Below, one piece after another: positions 62,427 through 64,000 of a DNA stretch of 64,000 bases. Origin of the DNA: Euprymna scolopes (lineage: Eukaryota); NCBI GenBank assembly GCA_053919585.1, contig CM132802.1. One strand, given 5' to 3'. The position numbers were made by a program, and so were the translations under genes. Numbering within the stretch: position 1 is the first letter of the stretch; every line of letters starts with the position of its first letter. Under the pieces are notes generated by a model. It was not told the DNA's origin. It did no database searches and was given only the letters and a program-made list of their open reading frames with translations.

Positions 62427-63344
62427 AAACGCGATTTAGATTGATAAACAGAATGCAGGTCTGTAGCCTTATACGCACGTGATAAGATGGGTTTTTTTTT
62501 GTTTATATAAGATTCGTCCAGTCATCCAAGTTTCCATGTCTGTATGAATAAAAATGTTGCAAATAATGGCATTAAGCCACACGAATATTACTACAAAAAT
62601 CCTAAACATCAAAATCAAAATCTTCCAACTAAAGAGTTTCACTCATTTCATCTACTACTGGGCGTTTATAGAAGTCGGAGTGCTTGTAAGCTGAGCCAAG
62701 GACGCACAAAAAAGTAAACCACCGGAACTTGAGATATTCTCAGACTGTGCCACTGTTACGCTGTTTTATAAAGTGTAGCCATGCAAGTCCTACATAACTT
62801 CTCCAGAAGTATTAACATACATTTTAGTTTAGACAAATGAGCAAGTGCTCCATTAGTAGAGACACTAAGGCACAAGGGAAAAACCTGCAGCTTAATTATA
62901 CTGATGAGAAATCTTGAAAGGACATTTTTAATCAGAGAAATTATGTCATAGAAATTAGTTGAATTCACCATGCTAGGAAATAGAAAATAAACTGCTAGGA
63001 AACAGGAAATAAACTTTTTAGTGAACCACATAGCACATAAAATTGACATAGTTTTTCTTTATTGTTTTATGTCAGGTTGTGACTATTCTACACCATACTA
63101 AAACTTGGACACGATTTCAGTTTCGAAAGTTCTATATTTTTCAATCATTTTCCAGTATGCTTTAAAGTCTTGTCAGTTGTCATGATGAACAAATAAAAAA
63201 AAAGTTTCATTTTGGTCAACTGATTTATCGGAGATGGACATATGGTTTAAGTGGCGTCATTGCGTCCGCTTTCCGAAAAATTGCAAGATTATCGTCCATT
63301 ACTTTTTTTTCTGAAATCTTCTTACAATTTTTAGTTCATTAAAT

Positions 63345-64000
63345 AAATGTGCTGTCCCCAGGGGTTCAAAAGATGCCAAAAATGACGGGGTTTGTCCCAT
63401 AATTGTTATCCATCTATTAGAGTTTTCTGAAACCTAGCCAAAATGTAAAGTCTATTTTTCTTTATATAAATCCGGTATGGGTGACCCTGGCAAAATTCTG
63501 GTTTGCGCCCCGAGGACTTTTAGTGCTAAAAACGCCCCCTGGTGTTTGTTTAATATTTCCCAAGAAAAACTTCATATTTCTGACTATACAATTGTTTTAA
63601 CGGTGGTCAATAAAAATACACACGAGTTAAGACCTTAAACCGCATCGATATCCATTTACACTGGGAATCGGCGTCTCGAGGAGCTGAAAAATATGTTACA
63701 AAATTTCCCAAACCTCCCAAAGTGACACTTTTTTTTGTTTCATAGCGTTTGACCCATTAATTAGATTTTCCTGAAAATGCAAAATGTGACGGCCATTGTT
63801 CTTAACAAATTCAGTAAGGGTGACCCTGGCAAAATTCTGATTCGTATCCCCCCTTGTACTTTTAGCACTAAAAAAAACAAATGCCTTTTAGGTGCTCTTT
63901 TTTCATATTACTGAAAAACTTGATATGTGTTTCTATAATGTGGTTTTCCATGGTGATGAATTAAAATTCACATGCATTAAGACGTTAAACTGCACCGTTC
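63345..64000 (+). repeat. HINE-like element with a ~340 bp internal tandem repeat, running off the window
   Basis: gggtgaccctggcaaaattctg at about 63479 and 63818; start tgtgctgtcccca resembles about 14983. Confidence 0.5.

Noticed and set aside
62756-63049. 97 aa hydrophobic ORF
   Set aside because: No recognisable motif; composition typical of AT-rich noncoding DNA

Overview
AT-rich, gapped (N-run) eukaryotic genomic DNA with no credible host protein-coding gene. It looks like an invertebrate intergenic or intronic region; the repeat families remind me of coleoid cephalopods, which I cannot verify. The window is a mosaic of (AT)n microsatellites, degenerate LINEs (CR1-group, I/Nimb-like, Tx1-like), a Penelope-like element, SINEs, non-autonomous Helitrons, Tc1/mariner relics and a MITE. 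Nearly all ORFs in the track are spurious. Two RNA-based systems stand out. (1) At 11351-13172 (minus strand) there is a polarised array with CRISPR-like organisation. It has eight intact ~183-217 bp structured units of three types plus one old degenerate distal unit, all headed by a U2 snRNA 5' segment. Every junction falls at the U2 site GTAGT|ATCTGTTC, the region targeted by U2-specific retrotransposons, which suggests a non-autonomous retroposon that carries and re-uses its own target. A solo mini-copy lies at 54755-54822. (2) A ~290 bp tandem repeat carrying type I hammerhead ribozymes with covarying stem II (a non-LTR retrozyme) lies at 5555-5993, with further copies near 27.7 kb and 42.6 kb.
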